A stretch of DNA of 61,874 bases, counting the filler, from Theionarchaea archaeon (GTDB taxonomy: Archaea > Methanobacteriota_B > Thermococci > Methanofastidiosales > SZ-28-30): the NCBI GenBank assembly GCA_018992565.1. It is 3 parts of 3 records of this genome, joined end to end, with 100 filler letters (N's around TTAATTAATTAA, not from the genome) between each part and the next. Parts side by side here need not be neighbours in the genome. Positions count along the whole stretch, not along the records: positions 23,396 to 46,519 come from JACVGW010000042.1; 2 more parts are not named here. One strand, 5' to 3'. The stretch's first letter is position 1, and the number at the start of each line of letters is the position of its first letter. The position numbers were made by a program, and so were the translations under genes. Shown here one piece after another: positions 29,742-40,275 of this stretch. A model generated the notes under the pieces. That model had not been told where the DNA came from, did not search any database, and saw only the letters and a list, made by a program, of their open reading frames with translations.

Positions 29742-29877
29742 CGGACCTGGGGGGATTCGAACCCCCGACCTACAGCTTTCTTCGCCTCTGCTAACTCTCT
29801 TTAGATCATTCAATCATCGAGCGGATGTTCATCATCGGCATAGGAGGCTGTTGCCCTATCCTCTAGGCTACAGGTCC
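29742..29877 (-). tRNA. tRNA-Arg(CCT) with 63-nt intron at 37/38 (intron 29778-29840)
   Basis: Acceptor GGACCTG/CAGGTCC, anticodon stem ACAGC/GCTGT with CTCCTA|A loop, T-arm GGGGGTTCGAATCCCCC; bulge-helix-bulge junction; no encoded CCA. Confidence 0.93.
29784..29839 (-). ncRNA. Putative box C/D guide RNA inside tRNA intron
   Basis: GCC/GGC terminal stem, box C ATGATGA, box D variant CAGA, internal D'/C'-like TGA motifs. Confidence 0.65.
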
Positions 29878-30016
29878 TATTCTATACTTCTGGACAGAAT
29901 ATATAACTCTTTCGAATCTTTCCCGTAACAATGAAGATAGCCTTTCCTGCTTTCAACGGCTCACGACAGGCAACAATGACAATTCCTTGCAGGAACCGAA
30001 CCCAGCGATGCTTCCA

Positions 30017-30508
30017 CTAGTCTTGAGAGAATATATACTCCAGCAACCTCTTTCCCAGGTCTACCACCTCCCAGAAGTGGTCAGTCACTGCCAGGTATCC
30101 TGCAGAAAACATGATGGCCAGCATGACTCCCAAGGGGAAGGAAAACACACTGGAATTGGGTACTCCCCACCCACCAACACCTATCTGGCCCCCATTGTGG
30201 GGTATCGGCCACAGAACGTACACAGGAGAGCTGCTGAACATATCCATTACGATGTGGAGGCACATCCCCATAACCCAGTACACCAGAAAAGGAATCCTGA
30301 AAGACACAACTCCAATCGCTCCCACCACAAACACGTTGTGAAGGAGCCTCCGATGAAGCCCCTGGGAACTGACAGGGATATCCACAATATCCAGATCACA
30401 GAACAGCCCTCCAAACACAATGAGAGATGCGGTCAAGGGGGGGACTCCTGCCAGCATTGCAGCTGTAGCCAGGATCAATCCGGCCGTCAAGTGCGCCTTC
30501 TGGTTCAT
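30017..30508 (-). CDS. Membrane-bound metal-dependent hydrolase (YbcI-like)
   Basis: H near N-terminus, DLD, HRRLLH, H..MD, LWP motifs. Confidence 0.8.
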   Translation of the reverse strand: MNQKAHLTAGLILATAAMLAGVPPLTASLIVFGGLFCDLDIVDIPVSSQGLHRRLLHNVFVVGAIGVVSFRIPFLVYWVMGMCLHIVMDMFSSSPVYVLWPIPHNGGQIGVGGWGVPNSSVFSFPLGVMLAIMFSAGYLAVTDHFWEVVDLGKRLLEYIFSQD

Positions 30509-30669
30509 GCAACCACCTCTCCTCTCCAGTTAAAAGGTTATTTCATCCACAGGTAGGAGTATTCAACAGACTGCCCTCTGACTATAACCCTGCCCTCAAG
30601 AGGGTTGAAACCAATCACAGCTCCACACCACATGTGAACCCTTAAAAACCTCGGACCGAATTCCACCAC

Positions 30670-32406
30670 ATGAAGATCGTTCCTGATACCAGTATTGTCA
30701 TTGATGGAAGGCTGAAACGATTTCTTGAGCAGAACACGGTAGATGAAATCATCCTGCCCGAACTTGTCATTGCAGAAGTGGAATACAATGCCAACAAGAG
30801 GACGCGAATTGGCATTACAGGACTGCAGGAACTGACTGAAATCAGAGAGTACTGCCTCACTCACAACATAATGCTCACCTATTACGGGGAAAGGACACAT
30901 GATTACAGAGACATGGATGAAAAAATCAGGAAAGTGGCAGAGGAGACCAATTCCATTCTGGTAACAGGCGATTTCGTCCAGGGTAAGATTGCAGACGCCA
31001 AAGGTATCTCCTGCTTGATCCTGGAAAAAGAAGTTGAAACGGAAATGAAAATTGAAGATTTCTTTGACCCCCAAACCCTTTCTGTTCACCTGAAAGAAGA
31101 CCTGCCTGTCCTGCTGAAAACAGGAAAACCAGGGGACATCGACCTCGTGAGAACCCAGCGAATGCTGAATAGAGAAGAACTGGAAGCAATTGCGCTGGAC
31201 ATTGTAGAGAGGGCCAGGCAGTCTCAGGATTCTTTCATTGAACTGGACGAAAAAGGGGCTACAGTGGTCCAGTTGAGGGAGTACCGTATTGCCATTACCC
31301 AGCCCCCCTTCTCCGACCGCATGGAGATTACTGCAGTAAGACCCTTAAAGAAGCTGGCTCTGCCTGAATATACCGTATCTGGCAGGCTGCTGGCACGGTT
31401 TGAGAAGGCAGAGGGAATTCTGGTCTCCGGGTCTCCTGGTGCCGGGAAATCCACCTTTGTGCAGAGCCTGGCTGAATTCTACAAAGACAAGGGCAAGATT
31501 GTCAAGACTATGGAGAAGCCCAGGGACCTGCAAGTGTCTGAAGAAATCACCCAGTACACTGCCCTGAGGGGATCTATGGCCAAGACAGCAGACATTTTGC
31601 TGTTGACCAGGCCAGATTTCACTGTTTTTGATGAGATGCGAAAAACAGAGGACTTCCAGGTATTTGCTGACATGCGGTTGGCTGGAGTAGGCATGGTGGG
31701 AGTGGTGCATGCCACAGATGCAATTGATGCAGTACAGCGGTTCATTGGACGAATTGAGCTGGGGATGATACCTCAGGTCATTGATACTATTGTCCACATC
31801 GAAAACGGGGATATTGGCACCGTGCTGAACCTGACCTTCTCTGTCAAAGTCCCCCACGGGATGAGTGAACCTGATCTGGCGCGCCCTGTTATCGAGGCAA
31901 AAGACTTTGAATCAGGAGTATGTGAATTTGAGATTTACTCTTACGGGGAGCAGATCGTCGTCATGCCTGTGAAGAAGCAGAACCGCACTCCACCGAAGAA
32001 GATACTCAAGAATATTGACAAGTTCGTGGGGGTGGACTACAGGCTGGAGCAGGTAGCACCCAACAAGGGCATCCTGTACGTTCCAAAAGAGGCCATGGCT
32101 GAAATTATCGGGAAGAAGGGGAAGACCATCTCCCAGATCGAAAAGGAAGTGAACATGAACCTGGACGTCAAGCCCATGGAAGAGCAGATTCCAGTGAATC
32201 TGGATTTTACCAAGAGAGCGGGACGTCTTTCTGTAAGCAGGCGATACAGGAATGTTCCTTTGAACTTTTACTGCAAGGGAGAACCTCTTTTTTCTGCTAC
32301 TGTGGGGAAGAAAGGGGTCATAAAGATCGACCTTCAGAGTAAGCTTGCACATACCCTCTATGACATCTGGAACAGAGGAGACACTGTCTATGCCAAGGAA
32401 GAATAG
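30670..32406 (+). CDS. pina: PINA-type ATPase (PIN + ATPase + KH)
   Basis: VPDTS PIN start, [27 protein letters not shown]. Confidence 0.92.
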   Translation: MKIVPDTSIVIDGRLKRFLEQNTVDEIILPELVIAEVEYNANKRTRIGITGLQELTEIREYCLTHNIMLTYYGERTHDYRDMDEKIRKVAEETNSILVTGDFVQGKIADAKGISCLILEKEVETEMKIEDFFDPQTLSVHLKEDLPVLLKTGKPGDIDLVRTQRMLNREELEAIALDIVERARQSQDSFIELDEKGATVVQLREYRIAITQPPFSDRMEITAVRPLKKLALPEYTVSGRLLARFEKAEGILVSGSPGAGKSTFVQSLAEFYKDKGKIVKTMEKPRDLQVSEEITQYTALRGSMAKTADILLLTRPDFTVFDEMRKTEDFQVFADMRLAGVGMVGVVHATDAIDAVQRFIGRIELGMIPQVIDTIVHIENGDIGTVLNLTFSVKVPHGMSEPDLARPVIEAKDFESGVCEFEIYSYGEQIVVMPVKKQNRTPPKKILKNIDKFVGVDYRLEQVAPNKGILYVPKEAMAEIIGKKGKTISQIEKEVNMNLDVKPMEEQIPVNLDFTKRAGRLSVSRRYRNVPLNFYCKGEPLFSATVGKKGVIKIDLQSKLAHTLYDIWNRGDTVYAKEE

Positions 32407-32478
32407 AAGGACTGGATTTCACAATCCACTGTATCTCTCCACAATCACCTTTTTATACTTGGTACTGGATAACATTTC

Positions 32479-32745
32479 ATGAACCTGGTTAAGAAAGGCA
32501 AAGCAGGAACTGATGATGATTCTGACATTCTTGTAGAAGTCGAACCCGCTGATACTGTTACTATTGAACTTGAAAGTAGGGTTGACCAATTATACGGAAA
32601 GAAAATCCGGGAAGTCATTATGAGAACACTGGAAAGTCTTCAGGTGAAAGGGTGTATCATTACTGCTCACGATAATGGAGCTCTTGATTATACGATCCGG
32701 GCACGTGTTGAAGCTGCTGTACGATTGGCAGGAGGGGTGGTATGA
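32479..32745 (+). CDS. citD: Citrate/citramalate lyase acyl carrier (gamma) subunit
   Basis: AGT...SD, S.V...YG..I, D.GALD..I.AR. Confidence 0.88.
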   Translation: MNLVKKGKAGTDDDSDILVEVEPADTVTIELESRVDQLYGKKIREVIMRTLESLQVKGCIITAHDNGALDYTIRARVEAAVRLAGGVV

Positions 32746-33584
32746 TACGCAGATCTCGCTTATACATTCCTGGCAATAACCCCAAGATGATACAGAGTGG
32801 GAAGGCACTGAAGCCTGATGTCATTCTGCTGGACCTGGAGGATTCTGTCCCTATCCAGGATAAACTGGCAGCACGTCTCCTTGTCAGGGAAGCTATCAAA
32901 TTTTTGCAGTTCAAGAATGAAGTCATGGTGAGAATCAACCACTTTCCCATGGGAAGAGAGGATCTAACGGAGATTGTATGTGAACAGCTTGATTCTATTC
33001 TCTATCCAAAGACAGAATCCTCGCAGGATATAGAAGAGGTCGCTGGACTGCTGGAGGATCTGGAAAAGGCCAGGTCCCTCTCCAAGAAGATTGAGATTGT
33101 GCCGGTGATTGAAACTGCCAGAGGGTGCCTGCGCTGTGAGGAGATTGCATTCTCCCCCAGGGTTTCAGCCATCACCTTCGGGGCAGAGGACTTTGTTGCA
33201 GATATTGGAGGAACCAGAACCAGGGAATGTCTCTTCCACCTGAAATCAACTCTTGCTGTTGCCGCTGCTGCAGCGGGGATTCAGGCTCTGGACACGGTGT
33301 ATCCATTCATTGATGATGAGAAGGGATTACGAGAAGAAGCAGAAGAGAGTAAGGCCATGGGATTCTGTGGGAAAGGGGCCATCCATCCCCTGCAGCTGAA
33401 TGTCATCCATGAGGTATTCTCGCCCTCTGAAGAAGAGGTAGCATGGGCACAGAAGGTTATTGACGCTATGAAAGAAGCAGAAGAGAAAGGTAGAGCAGCT
33501 GCAGCACTTGAAGGGAGGATGATTGATACACCCACGTTGAAGAAAGCTCACCGCATTATGGAAACATTCAAGGTGATGACATGA
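32742..33584 (+). CDS. citE: Citrate/citramalate lyase beta subunit
   Basis: RRSRLYIPG, DLEDSV, VRIN, IETARG, GAEDF, GK.AIHP. Confidence 0.92.
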   Translation: MIRRSRLYIPGNNPKMIQSGKALKPDVILLDLEDSVPIQDKLAARLLVREAIKFLQFKNEVMVRINHFPMGREDLTEIVCEQLDSILYPKTESSQDIEEVAGLLEDLEKARSLSKKIEIVPVIETARGCLRCEEIAFSPRVSAITFGAEDFVADIGGTRTRECLFHLKSTLAVAAAAAGIQALDTVYPFIDDEKGLREEAEESKAMGFCGKGAIHPLQLNVIHEVFSPSEEEVAWAQKVIDAMKEAEEKGRAAAALEGRMIDTPTLKKAHRIMETFKVMT

Positions 33585-35113
33585 TTGTGAATGCAGCAGG
33601 CAGGAAGCTCCCTGAGACTATTGGGGGCCAAAAGGTGGAGCCCTTCATGGGAGCATTTGCCACACCTCCCCGGAAGAAGAGACTGGCTCCCAAGCTCTCC
33701 TACGTGAAACCGGGAGAGGACAAGCTCATGTCTCTGGACGAGGCTGTCATGAAGTACGTGAAAGATGGTATGACCATCTCGTTCCATCACCACCTGCGGG
33801 ATGGAGACTACCTGGTGAACCAGGTGCTGGAGATGGTGTCCACTCTGGGGATCAAGGATGTGGTCCTGGCGTCTACTGCACTGTTCCCCGTTCATGAACC
33901 AGTGGTGCGCCACTTGATGGATGGGACAGTACGAAGGGTTGAAGGTAGTATGAATGGGCCAGTGGGAAGAGCATGCTCTTTTGGACATATGAAGGAAATT
34001 GCCACTCTCAGAGACCATGGGGGAAGAGGAGCTGCTGTGGAAATGGGAGATCTTCCCATCGATGTGGCCTTTATCGCTGCCCCCACTGCAGATGACTATG
34101 GTAACTGCAATGGTGTTCACGGGAAATCAGCCTGTGGTCCTCTGGGTTATTCCTACCCCGACTCGCTGTATGCCAAGAAGGTGATTGCAGTCACTGACAA
34201 CCTGGTGGAGTACCCCGTGACTCCCATGAGCATACACCAGACGCATGTGGATCATGTTGCTGAAGTTGAGACTATCGGGAATCCGGAGCAAATAGTCTCG
34301 GGCACGACCAAGGTTACCAAGAGCCCCACCAACCTGCAGATAGCGGAGTATGTGGTGGAGACCATGGATGCTCTGGGTATTATCAGTGAAGGTGCTTCTA
34401 TCCAGGCAGGTGCAGGAGGAATTTCCCTGTCTGTAACCTCCCAAATGGGAGACTTGCTGGAAGACCGCCATATCGTGGGTGGATTTGGACTGGGAGGTGT
34501 TACCCAGTACCTGGTGGACATGCTACACAGGGGAGTAATCAAAAAGATTCTGGACGCCCAGTGTTTTGATCTCACTGCAGTGCAATCACTGCGGGATGAT
34601 CCTGACCATGCAGAGATCAACATCATTTACAGCAGCCCCTACAATAAGGGATCCGTGTACAACAAGCTGGACGCAGCATTCCTGGGGGCTACGGAGGTAG
34701 ATCTGGACTTCAATGTCAATGTCAACACCCACTCTGATGGGCTCTTGCTCCACGGCATTGGAGGCCATCAGGGACCTGCAGCCTGTGCCAAAGTCACCTT
34801 TATTACCGTACCACTGTACAGAAAGAGAATTCCTGTAATCCGGGACAGAGTGACTACCATTTCCACACCGGGAGAAGTTATCGACGTCATTGCCACAGAA
34901 TATGGTATTGCTGTAAATCCCAGAAGGAAAGACATCCTGAAAAAGGTTGAAAATACCAAAATACCTGTTCTCACTATTGAAGAACTGAAAAAGGAGGCAT
35001 ACGACCTGTGTGGTGAGCCTGAACTTCCCGATACCACAGATGACATTGTAGCTGTGATCCAGTGGAGGGATGGGACCATCCTGGATACGGTAAAGAAAGT
35101 GGTGGAGAAGTAG
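33581..35113 (+). CDS. citF: Citrate/citramalate lyase alpha subunit (CoA transferase)
   Basis: ISFHHHLRDGD, HGGR, GKSACG.LGY, FNVNV.T.SDG. Confidence 0.93.
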   Translation: MIVNAAGRKLPETIGGQKVEPFMGAFATPPRKKRLAPKLSYVKPGEDKLMSLDEAVMKYVKDGMTISFHHHLRDGDYLVNQVLEMVSTLGIKDVVLASTALFPVHEPVVRHLMDGTVRRVEGSMNGPVGRACSFGHMKEIATLRDHGGRGAAVEMGDLPIDVAFIAAPTADDYGNCNGVHGKSACGPLGYSYPDSLYAKKVIAVTDNLVEYPVTPMSIHQTHVDHVAEVETIGNPEQIVSGTTKVTKSPTNLQIAEYVVETMDALGIISEGASIQAGAGGISLSVTSQMGDLLEDRHIVGGFGLGGVTQYLVDMLHRGVIKKILDAQCFDLTAVQSLRDDPDHAEINIIYSSPYNKGSVYNKLDAAFLGATEVDLDFNVNVNTHSDGLLLHGIGGHQGPAACAKVTFITVPLYRKRIPVIRDRVTTISTPGEVIDVIATEYGIAVNPRRKDILKKVENTKIPVLTIEELKKEAYDLCGEPELPDTTDDIVAVIQWRDGTILDTVKKVVEK

Positions 35114-35759
35114 AGGCAGACTGAAGCGTTAAGAACCTGTGAATATGATCCCTACTGATAGAGAATTAAATACCTCTCTAATCCTGATGCCACCAGGATA
35201 CTAAAGCCCGCATCTTCAAGCTCAGGTATCGGTAATGTGGCGATTGCTGTGTCAATCATCCTCAGTTAGACACAGGCAGCAAAGCGCATCAGAAAGCAGC
35301 CCCGCGTTTGATTTCAAGAAAAAGAGCATAAGTTGCCCCATTGTTTATTGGATAAGGGAACGCCAGAACCAGAGGTCAGCGTAAAGAATAAACGGCTAAA
35401 ATACATGACTCTTCTGATATATCAGACCTTTAGATGAGCTCATTGAGGGCAGGGTTCATCTTGGAATTCTAGGGCAAAAACTTATATATCTTGTCTTACA
35501 GAGATGTCCGCAAGAATCTCGAAGGGATATGTTTGAGCTTTTCCTCGAATATATCACAAGTCTTGTCAAGGCTAGGTCAGGAATGACATTACAATCTGGG
35601 GAAAGATCTCAATAGATATCTCATGAGATGTTGAGAAAAAGGAGGTGTATAAAAATGGCAATGGAGAAGAGAACCCTTACCAGGAGATTCAAAGACCACC
35701 AGGTTTTTGAAAAGGCAGAATGTGGAGCATTCATATTACAAATGACGGGGGGGCCATAG

Positions 35760-36323
35760 ATGAAACAGAGATGGTATAAGAAGTCCTCAATCCAGGCCGC
35801 GATTGTGACAGGTATATTCGTCATAGCTGCTGCAGTCATCTCGGGCTTGGCCACCCATCAAACCCCATCTGTATATTCTCCAGAGACGAGTGTATATTCT
35901 CCAGAGACGAGTTCCTCTTCTACATTTTCAGCAGGTCTTGAAGTTGCTGACATTATTGTGATTCTGGAGAAGGGAGGAGTCCGTTTGATTGATTTCAGAG
36001 TAGTAAACAAGAGCTCTTCAGATGTGGTGGTGAGTCGAGTCCGGTTCAAGGTGATCAGAGTTGAATCCGAACCTCTACCTGCACTTGGATATGTGGAGTT
36101 TTCAAAGGTATATGACCTGGACATCAGTGACCTGGAAAACGCAGGAGATCAGGTTGAGTGCGTGGTGTCTCAGGTGATAGAGCCAAATCGGACTGATCGC
36201 TTCGGTATTAGACTCACAGCACAAGATATGGGGAATGAAGCTCGTAGATGGGTTCTAGAAGTCATCCTCATTACTAGTGAAGGGATTATTGTATCAGGGC
36301 CTATAGAGGTGGAACTGCCTTAG
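35760..36323 (+). CDS. Hypothetical membrane-anchored protein
   Basis: N-terminal TM, beta-rich domain. Confidence 0.7.
   Translation: MKQRWYKKSSIQAAIVTGIFVIAAAVISGLATHQTPSVYSPETSVYSPETSSSSTFSAGLEVADIIVILEKGGVRLIDFRVVNKSSSDVVVSRVRFKVIRVESEPLPALGYVEFSKVYDLDISDLENAGDQVECVVSQVIEPNRTDRFGIRLTAQDMGNEARRWVLEVILITSEGIIVSGPIEVELP
35870..35911 (+). repeat. Perfect 21-bp tandem duplication (SVYSPET x2)
   Basis: TGTATATTCTCCAGAGACGAG twice, in frame. Confidence 0.9.
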
Positions 36324-36758
36324 GCAAATGAAAGAGAAATTCGATTCTTGCCCTTTGACCCTGATATTCTACTCAGTGCTAACCTCACTCATCCAGGTCC
36401 TGATTGGCTTGGGTAGAAAATCTCAGCCTGGAGGAATTGGACGTAATCGAGACCACCTATTTTCAAGAACCTGGAACTGCCAGAATGTGGATTGAAGCAG
36501 ATGCTGTCCCGGAAAATCCATAAAAGAGGGAGATAAAATCCAATTTCATGATAACGTGCAGTCAATCCCCTGTTTCGATCCCAAGGACTACGCACAGGAG
36601 ATCATATTGACTTCCAGTAATCCTAAAAAAGAATAAAGAACTCTGCTTTGTCTTTGTTCCTCAATACGCGAGAGATGTGGCTAAACCTTTAAATGTCAAC
36701 AATCCACACCTTGAATGTGAATCTATCCATCAAACCAGGATTCACAGGAGGAATCACC

Positions 36759-37274
36759 ATGAACGAAGAATACCTCAAGAAGACATTTCCTCAGATAGAC
36801 CTCATAAAAGATCCAGACCTCAAAAAGAAAGTCATCTCTACATTCCTGAAGACTGCCCAGAATGGAGGGTGGGACACGCTTCAAGGAATTCCTTTCACCC
36901 TGCTTACAGATACGTCAGTCACCTTTGTAGAGCATACCAAGGCTGTTACTGACATGGCAATCCACTGTGCTGATGTCATGAAGAATTTCGTTCCCATCAA
37001 CAGGGACTATGTGGTGGCAGGGGGGCTGCTGCATGATGTGGGGAAGCTGGTTGAATATCAAAAGAAGGAAGGAAAAGTCACCCAGTCCAGGTATGGTGCC
37101 TTACTGCGGCATCCAGTATCTGGTGCAGTCATTGCAGCCGAACTCGGTCTCCCTCCAGAAGTCATCCATATTATTGTTGCCCATTCCAAAGAAGGTGACG
37201 CAATCAAAAGGATTCCTGAAGCCATCATTATCCATCACTGCGATTTCGTGCACTTTGAGAGCCTGAAAAAATAG
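36759..37274 (+). CDS. HD-domain phosphohydrolase
   Basis: EHT..V, LLHDVGK, RHP..G, H..D; GGAGG RBS before MNEEY. Confidence 0.9.
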   Translation: MNEEYLKKTFPQIDLIKDPDLKKKVISTFLKTAQNGGWDTLQGIPFTLLTDTSVTFVEHTKAVTDMAIHCADVMKNFVPINRDYVVAGGLLHDVGKLVEYQKKEGKVTQSRYGALLRHPVSGAVIAAELGLPPEVIHIIVAHSKEGDAIKRIPEAIIIHHCDFVHFESLKK

Positions 37275-37381
37275 GTGTGCAGCCTTGTGGAGAGTTCTTC
37301 CATGAAATCATAGCCCGTGGTAAGGTGACCAATCTACAATATTTATATTACCCCGCCATAATCTATAGGTGAGGTTTTCTC

Positions 37382-38758
37382 ATGGAATCCATCAGTCAGA
37401 AAATGGCACGCTTCGCCCTCCAGTTGCAGTACAGAGATATCCCCCCTGAAGCTGTAAAGGAGGCTAAGCGATTTCTTCTGGACAGCGTAGGATGTGCTCT
37501 CGCTGCCTGTCACAATGAGGATATGGACAATGCATTGCAGTATATTAAGAACCTGGGAGGACACCCGCACTCCACTATCATCGGATATGGACACAAGACC
37601 AATATGCCGAATGCAGCCTTGATGAATTCTCTGTTAGTACGAGCCTTGGATTACAATGATATCTACTGGAAGCAGGATCCTTCACACCCTTCAGACATTA
37701 TCCCCGCGGCCTTGAGTCCTGGTGAATACCAGCACTGTTCAGGAAAAGAGCTGATTACCAGTATTGTTATCGCTTATGAACTTGAGATGCGCCTGTGCCT
37801 GGCTGCCCATCCTGGCGTACGGGAGGTGGGATGGCATCATGCTACCCTGACCCAGTTTGTCAGCCCAATCGTGGCAGGCAGGACTCTGGGACTGACAGAG
37901 GACCAGATAGTGGCAGCTGTGGGCATCTCTGGATCGTCTCATTCCACCTTTGGAGGTGTGGTGGCAGGAGCTCTCACCAACATGAAGAACACAGCAGATC
38001 CCATGGCCACAGAAGCAGGAGTCCGGGCAGCCATGCTTGCTCAAACTGGATATACAGGACCTGTACAGGTATATGAAGGAAAAGAAGGGTTGTTCCAGGT
38101 AATCAACAATGTGAAATGGGATGATTCCGTTCTCACCGGGGATCTGGGCAGGGAGTTCCTGATTACCCAGTGCGAGTATAAAGCCTTCCCCACTGAAGCT
38201 CTGACTCACCAGCCCATAACTGCTGCCCTGAATATTATGAAGGACAACAGGCTGGACCCACAGCAGGTCACAGGAATCCTGGTGGAGACTACCACACGGG
38301 GAGCTGATATTCTGTCCGACCCTTCAAAGTACAACCCTACCACCAAGGAGACAGCAGACCACTCTCTCCCCTACTGTATTGCTGTGGCCGTGGCCAAGGG
38401 AAATGTACTGCCCAGCGATTTTGAGGAGAAAGCGCTGTTTGATCCTCTGGTGAGGGAGCTACTCAAGAATGTGAAAGTCATTGCCAACCCAGAAATTGAC
38501 TCTCTCTTCCCCAAGGTCAAGCGTGCTATCTGCACCATCACTACAGAGGAAGGGAGAGAATACACACGACAGGAGGACTTCGCCCGGGGGAGCACAGGGT
38601 ACCCCATGACAGATGAAGATATTGTATCCAAGTTCAAAGCAAATTCAGGTACCCAGATGTCAGAATCGCGTCTTGAAAAGGTCGTGGATGCCACGTTCAA
38701 CTGCGAGAAGTTCACAGATATTTCTGATTACATGAACCTGCTTATCAGTGACCTCTAG
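37382..38758 (+). CDS. MmgE/PrpD family protein
   Basis: LLDSVGCA, RALDYND, HPSD, TADHSLPY. Confidence 0.92.
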   Translation: MESISQKMARFALQLQYRDIPPEAVKEAKRFLLDSVGCALAACHNEDMDNALQYIKNLGGHPHSTIIGYGHKTNMPNAALMNSLLVRALDYNDIYWKQDPSHPSDIIPAALSPGEYQHCSGKELITSIVIAYELEMRLCLAAHPGVREVGWHHATLTQFVSPIVAGRTLGLTEDQIVAAVGISGSSHSTFGGVVAGALTNMKNTADPMATEAGVRAAMLAQTGYTGPVQVYEGKEGLFQVINNVKWDDSVLTGDLGREFLITQCEYKAFPTEALTHQPITAALNIMKDNRLDPQQVTGILVETTTRGADILSDPSKYNPTTKETADHSLPYCIAVAVAKGNVLPSDFEEKALFDPLVRELLKNVKVIANPEIDSLFPKVKRAICTITTEEGREYTRQEDFARGSTGYPMTDEDIVSKFKANSGTQMSESRLEKVVDATFNCEKFTDISDYMNLLISDL

Positions 38759-39038
38759 TCACTCTTTCTTTTTTCCTTATGGGTTCATCACCCAGTACCA
38801 TTGCATGACAACACGTGCGGGGCGTACATGGCCGAAAGAGTTTATTTTCATCTCGTTCCCAGCATCTACTACTGCAATTGCAATTCAACCCTCACAAGTG
38901 CCTTTTTTAGATGGGTGATTCTCCAATATACTTTACATAAGTAAATATAATCAATTGCAGGACAGGAATTGGAGCAGAATACCGTATTTGTTCCATAACA
39001 TTTAAAAGGCATATGCAGAATAACGAGCAGGTGTTACT

Positions 39039-40004
39039 ATGCCCGAAAAAAAGGAGTATGATGTTGTTATTGTTGGAGGAGGACCTGGAGGACTGACCAC
39101 AGGTATTATGTGCGCGGATCGAAAGCTTGATGTCCTGGTGCTGGAAGGTGGGACATGGGGAGGTCTGCTGGCCACGCTCTACCCCAACAAGGTGATCCCT
39201 AACTATCCAGGATTTCCCGATGGAATTGTAGCTATAGAACTGGTGAGACGCTGGTTGAAGCAGGCCAAAGCGTCTGGCATCGATATGAAGAACGAACGAG
39301 TGGTTGAAATTACCTCTGATAAGAAGGTAATCGCCCAGGATGGAAAAGAATACAACGGTAAGGTAATCATCATTGCAGTAGGAATCAGACCACGAGAACT
39401 TGGAATTCCTGGTGAATCAAAGTTCAATAAGAAAGACAAAGGCGTTTTCTACTACGTGACTCATCCTGAAGATTTCATCGGAAAGCGCGTCCTGGTGGTA
39501 GGAGGGGGAGATACTGCTATTGATGCTGCTCTGGATCTGGTGGACCTGGCAAAGGAGATCACTATTGCCCACCGCAAGGAAGCCTTCAGAGGGGTGGACG
39601 AAAATGTCGAAAAGATGAAAAAGAGCACAAAAATCAACATCGTCATGAACACTGAACTGGAAAAGATCGAAGGAGAGGATGTGGTGACAAGCGTGACATT
39701 GTGGAACAATAGAGAAGACAAGAGCTATTCAATGGATGTGGATGGAGTCATTCTCAGTGTAGGAATGGTACCTAACAGTGAAATCTTTGACAAGGTTGGT
39801 ATAAAAGCTGACAAGAGAGGGTATATTATCACAGACACGTCACAGAGAACAAATGTGGAGGGAGTCTTTGCTGTAGGAGACATAGTGGAAGGTGCATTCA
39901 AACTGATCATTGTGGGGGCAGCACATGGTGCAGTTGCAGCCCACCACGCGTACGCATATATCAATAAACCATACTGGGCAGCTGAAGAACAGTGGAAAGA
40001 ATAA
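39039..40004 (+). CDS. Thioredoxin-reductase-like FAD/NAD(P) oxidoreductase lacking CxxC (ferredoxin-NADP reductase-like)
   Basis: GGGPGG, GGGDTA, HRK..FR, GVFAVGD; GVFYYV instead of CxxC. Confidence 0.85.
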   Translation: MPEKKEYDVVIVGGGPGGLTTGIMCADRKLDVLVLEGGTWGGLLATLYPNKVIPNYPGFPDGIVAIELVRRWLKQAKASGIDMKNERVVEITSDKKVIAQDGKEYNGKVIIIAVGIRPRELGIPGESKFNKKDKGVFYYVTHPEDFIGKRVLVVGGGDTAIDAALDLVDLAKEITIAHRKEAFRGVDENVEKMKKSTKINIVMNTELEKIEGEDVVTSVTLWNNREDKSYSMDVDGVILSVGMVPNSEIFDKVGIKADKRGYIITDTSQRTNVEGVFAVGDIVEGAFKLIIVGAAHGAVAAHHAYAYINKPYWAAEEQWKE

Positions 40005-40275
40005 CCTTTCCTTTCTTTTCCATTTATTGGAAGAACAGGACATACTTCCAGAATACTGGTCTCCCACAGGAAGGGGCTGTGTGCTTGATGGAATACTCTG
40101 GGGAGAACCTATAATTCTCTGATTTTCTACGCCAGTATGTATCAAGTGCTGCTAAGAACATTCTGCGAGAACTGCAAGAACGATCCTTCCTTTCCGTATG
40201 ATCCTGTCAATTTCAGTGCTCTGGCTCTGCTCAGCGGTCCATCAGGCAGCAGATGAACCCCACAGGTACTGAAGT

